Assembly: GCA_043821705.1 (NCBI GenBank)
Contig: JBDRCN010000045.1
Coordinates: 22,400 to 86,399 of the forward strand
Direction of reading: 5' to 3'
Origin: Candidatus Omnitrophota bacterium
GTDB taxonomy: Bacteria; Omnitrophota; Gorgyraeia; Gorgyraeales; Gorgyraeaceae
DNA length: 64,000 nt
A program made the translations under genes and the position numbers. The notes under the pieces were generated by a model that had not been told where the DNA came from, searched no databases, and saw nothing but the letters and a program-made list of their open reading frames with translations. Below, one piece after another: positions 61,394-64,000 of this stretch (position 1 is its first letter; each line of letters starts with the position of its first letter).

Positions 61394-62680
61394 TTATACA
61401 TTCTTATAAATATTTTTAAAATGCTGAGTTCTTTTTATGGCAGAATCTTTGCTGTAAACTTTTTTGTAAATTTCAAATAGTCCTTTTTGTAATTCATTTG
61501 GAGTCATATTAGCTGGCATAAAATTTACATCCAAAAATGTATAATTATCCCATGTTTTAGATAATAACCTATTTTCATTTTTTAGTCTATCGCGTAGTCT
61601 AGTTCCAGGTAAAGGGGTTAGAATGGTAATCTGAGCTGCATACAGTTTATTATCAACTATGAAATCAGAAGTTTTTTTAAAAACAGTTTTGTCATCATTA
61701 TCAAATCCTACCATAAAAGCTCCCATAATCCCTATTCCATATGATTGAATTTTTCTTATATGTTCTTTATATTTAAGCACTCTTTTATATTTAAAATTGG
61801 TTTTATCTGTTCCTTCTACATTTTTCTTGTTTATAGTCTCAAACCCTATAAAAAGAATTTTACATCCTGACTTTTTTAACTTTTTTAATAAATTATCATC
61901 TTCCGCTATAGATACATCTGTTTGAGCAAACCATCTTATTTTTAATGGTATTAAGGCGTTTACTAGCTGAACAGCATATTTACGATCCATAAATATATTA
62001 TCATCAGCAAAGCTTATTTGAGGAAATCTCCATATTTTCTTAACTAGCTTTATCTCTTCAATAATTTGTTCAACTTTTCTATGCCTAATTTGCAACCCAA
62101 ATATTTTAGATGCTGAACAAAAATCACAGTCAATTGGACAGCCTCTGGAAGTCTGTATCCAAACTACACTATAATTTTCTTTATTAACTAAATCATACCT
62201 AGGGAGAGGTATTTTAGTTAGATCTACCGGACGATCGCTTTTATAGAATGTTTTAAGGCTGTTATTATTAAAATCTAATAAAATATCTGACCATATATTT
62301 TCTGCTTCTCCTATAACTACGCTATCAGCATGTTCCTTAGCTTCTTCCGGCAATAAAGTAGCATGAACCCCGCCTATTATTACCTTTATATTCTTTTTAC
62401 GGAAAAAATCTCCTATTTCATAGGCTCTTTTAGCCTGTTGAGTCATGCATGTAATAGCTACTAAATCATAATGTTCATCAAAATTTATCTGATCGAAATT
62501 TTCATCTACAAATGTTAGCTTATATGACTGAGGTGTTAATGAAGCAATTATCAGTAGATTAGAACTAAACCCTGTTAAAGACTTTCTATAACTAAATGTC
62601 TCCAAAGATTTATTCCAAAAATTTACTAACTTTTTATTTTTACTTAAAATACCTTTTGGGGATATTAGTCCGATTTTCAT
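61394..62680 (-). CDS. B12-binding radical SAM enzyme
   Basis: N-terminal B12-binding fold and CxxxCxxC (GCPIDCDFCS). Confidence 0.7.
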   Translation of the reverse strand: MKIGLISPKGILSKNKKLVNFWNKSLETFSYRKSLTGFSSNLLIIASLTPQSYKLTFVDENFDQINFDEHYDLVAITCMTQQAKRAYEIGDFFRKKNIKVIIGGVHATLLPEEAKEHADSVVIGEAENIWSDILLDFNNNSLKTFYKSDRPVDLTKIPLPRYDLVNKENYSVVWIQTSRGCPIDCDFCSASKIFGLQIRHRKVEQIIEEIKLVKKIWRFPQISFADDNIFMDRKYAVQLVNALIPLKIRWFAQTDVSIAEDDNLLKKLKKSGCKILFIGFETINKKNVEGTDKTNFKYKRVLKYKEHIRKIQSYGIGIMGAFMVGFDNDDKTVFKKTSDFIVDNKLYAAQITILTPLPGTRLRDRLKNENRLLSKTWDNYTFLDVNFMPANMTPNELQKGLFEIYKKVYSKDSAIKRTQHFKNIYKNV

Positions 62681-62968
62681 TTATTTATTCTCTTTTGGTG
62701 AGGGGTTTTCTTTTACATATTCTGTTACCATATCAATAAGGTCTTTTACAGTAACTATATTAAGCGCTTTTGCTTCATCTAAGACTATGTCTAAACGAGT
62801 CTCTACGGCAGCTAATATCTCTACAGAAGCCAAAGAATCAAAGCCTAAGTCATTTCTTATATCTACGCTTTCTTCAACTTCATTAGGATTTACATTAGCT
62901 ACTTCTGCTATTAATTCTTTAACATACTTTCTTATATCAGTTTTTCTGTTACTCTTTTTATTAGCCAC
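62681..62968 (-). CDS. Acyl carrier protein (GTG start)
   Basis: LGFDSLASVEI phosphopantetheine-attachment motif. Confidence 0.7.
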   Translation of the reverse strand: MANKKSNRKTDIRKYVKELIAEVANVNPNEVEESVDIRNDLGFDSLASVEILAAVETRLDIVLDEAKALNIVTVKDLIDMVTEYVKENPSPKENK

Positions 62969-63079
62969 AGTTGCGCCCTTTCTATATATAAATTACATAG
63001 CTCCTATTAATATATATGTATTATGAAGTTTACCCTATAATCCCTAAAAATACAACACTAACCCCTTTTGGGCACCACT

Positions 63080-63109
63080 CTAGCTCCGGGTTCTAGAACC
63101 CGGAGCTAG
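63080..63109. promoter_or_regulatory. Perfect 30-nt palindrome in the divergent ACP-operon / era intergenic region
   Basis: ctagctccgggttct|agaacccggagctag, followed by a second small hairpin ggggacaggttcccc at 63127..63141. Confidence 0.45.
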
Positions 63110-63168
63110 GTAGGCCGCTGCTAGATGGGGACAGGTTCCCCCTTGCGAGGTAGACGGTCCCAAATAGA

Positions 63169-63197
63169 TTGATAAAATCCTTCACTACCTATATAAT
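63169..63197 (+). promoter_or_regulatory. Sigma70-like promoter TTGATA-17-TATAAT ending 7 nt before the era ATG (leaderless transcript predicted)
   Basis: ttgataaaatccttcactacctatataat agggct ATG; no SD sequence. Confidence 0.45.
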
Positions 63198-63204
63198 AGG
63201 GCTA

Positions 63205-64000
63205 TGTATAAAGCTGGGAAAGTTAGTATAGTCGGCAGGCCGAATGTCGGAAAATCAACGCTACTAAATGCATTGGTCAAGGAAAAGGTCTGCATAGTCT
63301 CTAGTAAACCTGAGACTACTAGAGATAACATACAGGGCATAATATCAGGGAAAGAATTTCAGGTAGTCTTTATTGACACGCCTGGTATGCATAAACCTAA
63401 GACCCTTCTGGGTAAATCAATGGTCAGAAGAGCCTCTTCCACTTTTCTCGAAGCTGACATAATACTTTTACTGATCGATGCCCACTCTGGAATAAATCAA
63501 GAAGATAGAAGGATCATCCAAGAGCTTTCTGAAAAACCAGTCTTTTTAATAATAAATAAAATAGACAGGATCGAGACACGCTTCATATTGCCTATCATTG
63601 AAGAAGCGTCTAAATATTCTTTTAAGGAGATAATACCTATATCAGCTTCCAAACAAAACGGCACTGATCTTGTATTTAAAACCATATTAAAATATCTGCC
63701 TGAGGGTTACCCTATATTCCCAGAAGATCAATTAAGCGATAAGAGCGAACGGTTCTTCGTACAAGAATTGATAAGGGAAAAAATATTAGGGCTCACGCAT
63801 CAGGAAGTCCCTCATTCTATTGCAGTGCTCACAGAAGAGATGGAAGAAAGAAAAAATAGAGCAAATAAAGACATCTATTATATAAGAACCACTATATATG
63901 TGGAAAAAGACAGCCAAAAATCCATTATCATAGGTAAAAAAGGTGATATGCTTAAAAGAATAGGTGAACTTTCTAGAAAAGAGATAGAAGATTTACTGCA
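63205..64000 (+). CDS. era: GTPase Era (3' end beyond the window)
   Basis: IVGRPNVGKSTLLN (G1), DTPG (G3), NKID (G4), SA (G5). The ORF is open to the window end. Confidence 0.85.

Noticed and set aside
63061-63160. tRNA or SRP/4.5S RNA in the ACP-era spacer
   Set aside because: The hairpins do not fit a cloverleaf (no T-loop GGTTCRANTCC, no acceptor/anticodon arrangement), and the SRP domain-IV motif is absent. Kept only as palindromic regulatory candidates.

Overview
This AT-rich (roughly one-third GC) bacterial window has two parts. Bases 1..30555 are essentially one uninterrupted minus-strand reading frame of at least 10,185 codons. It starts with ATG at 30555 behind an AAGAGG ribosome-binding site and an N-terminal hydrophobic signal/anchor, and it runs off the window at base 1, so its C-terminus lies beyond the window. 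That is why it is missing from the supplied ORF track, as is the truncated era gene at the other edge. I read this frame by eye from the reverse complement and spot-checked several blocks for stop codons; the coordinates I derived myself are approximate (see the last entry in noticed_but_rejected).

The giant protein is mosaic and highly repetitive:
- Modules: about 10 modules of 650-1000 aa are separated by a conserved linker, [ED]-S-D-[ST]-G-S-[LI]-[MVI]-P-[DE], present at least 9 times. Behind the linkers are two alternating roughly 100-aa beta-rich domain types.
- Enzyme-like domains: two tandem modules pairing a DUF4157-like HExxH zincin (HELTHVEQSNRG, HELAHIEQSNRG) with a class-I SAM methyltransferase (GGSG ... 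VKPGGRIL); a GHKL/HATPase_c ATPase domain; a transglutaminase-like cysteine-peptidase core followed by TPR-like repeats; two further HExxH domains inside a duplicated roughly 200-aa module; two CHAT/caspase-like His...SCGG domains; a papain/C39-like Cys-His-Asp domain; and a roughly 350-aa segment resembling an outer-membrane beta-barrel.
- Short repeats: at least 12 copies of a roughly 30-aa 'TGTLSELKxKIxxIxDPRxK' repeat.
- Nucleotide repeats: several 150-650-bp intragenic repeats at 90-98% nucleotide identity.

Downstream (all housekeeping genes are minus-strand unless noted):
- nrdJ-dcd operon, with two LAGLIDADG inteins in nrdJ.
- A complete aerotolerance-type Bat operon: moxR, DUF58, a small TM protein, batA, batB, batC, batD, batE.
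- htpX; a peptidoglycan-binding lipoprotein; a UvrD-type helicase fused to a PD-(D/E)XK 4-Cys nuclease.
- pilZ (+), an SNF transporter (+), ferredoxin, an AAA ATPase, a half-size TSUP, a GlcD-like FAD oxidase (+), an OMP, a D-Ala-D-Ala carboxypeptidase, nadE.
- An ACP, B12-radical-SAM and histidine-kinase cluster.
- era (+, truncated at the window end).

Noncoding signals:
- Tandem heptanucleotide arrays (GATTACG/CGTAATY-like) in five intergenic spots, often arranged as long imperfect palindromes.
- A roughly 57-nt element present twice, upstream of moxR and upstream of batE.
- Textbook sigma70-like promoters upstream of ferredoxin and era; era looks leaderless.
- Several perfect palindromes.
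- A possible NrdR box upstream of nrdJ.

A genome that is AT-rich and carries a giant gene over 30 kb is reminiscent of uncultivated lineages such as Omnitrophota. That is an inference only.
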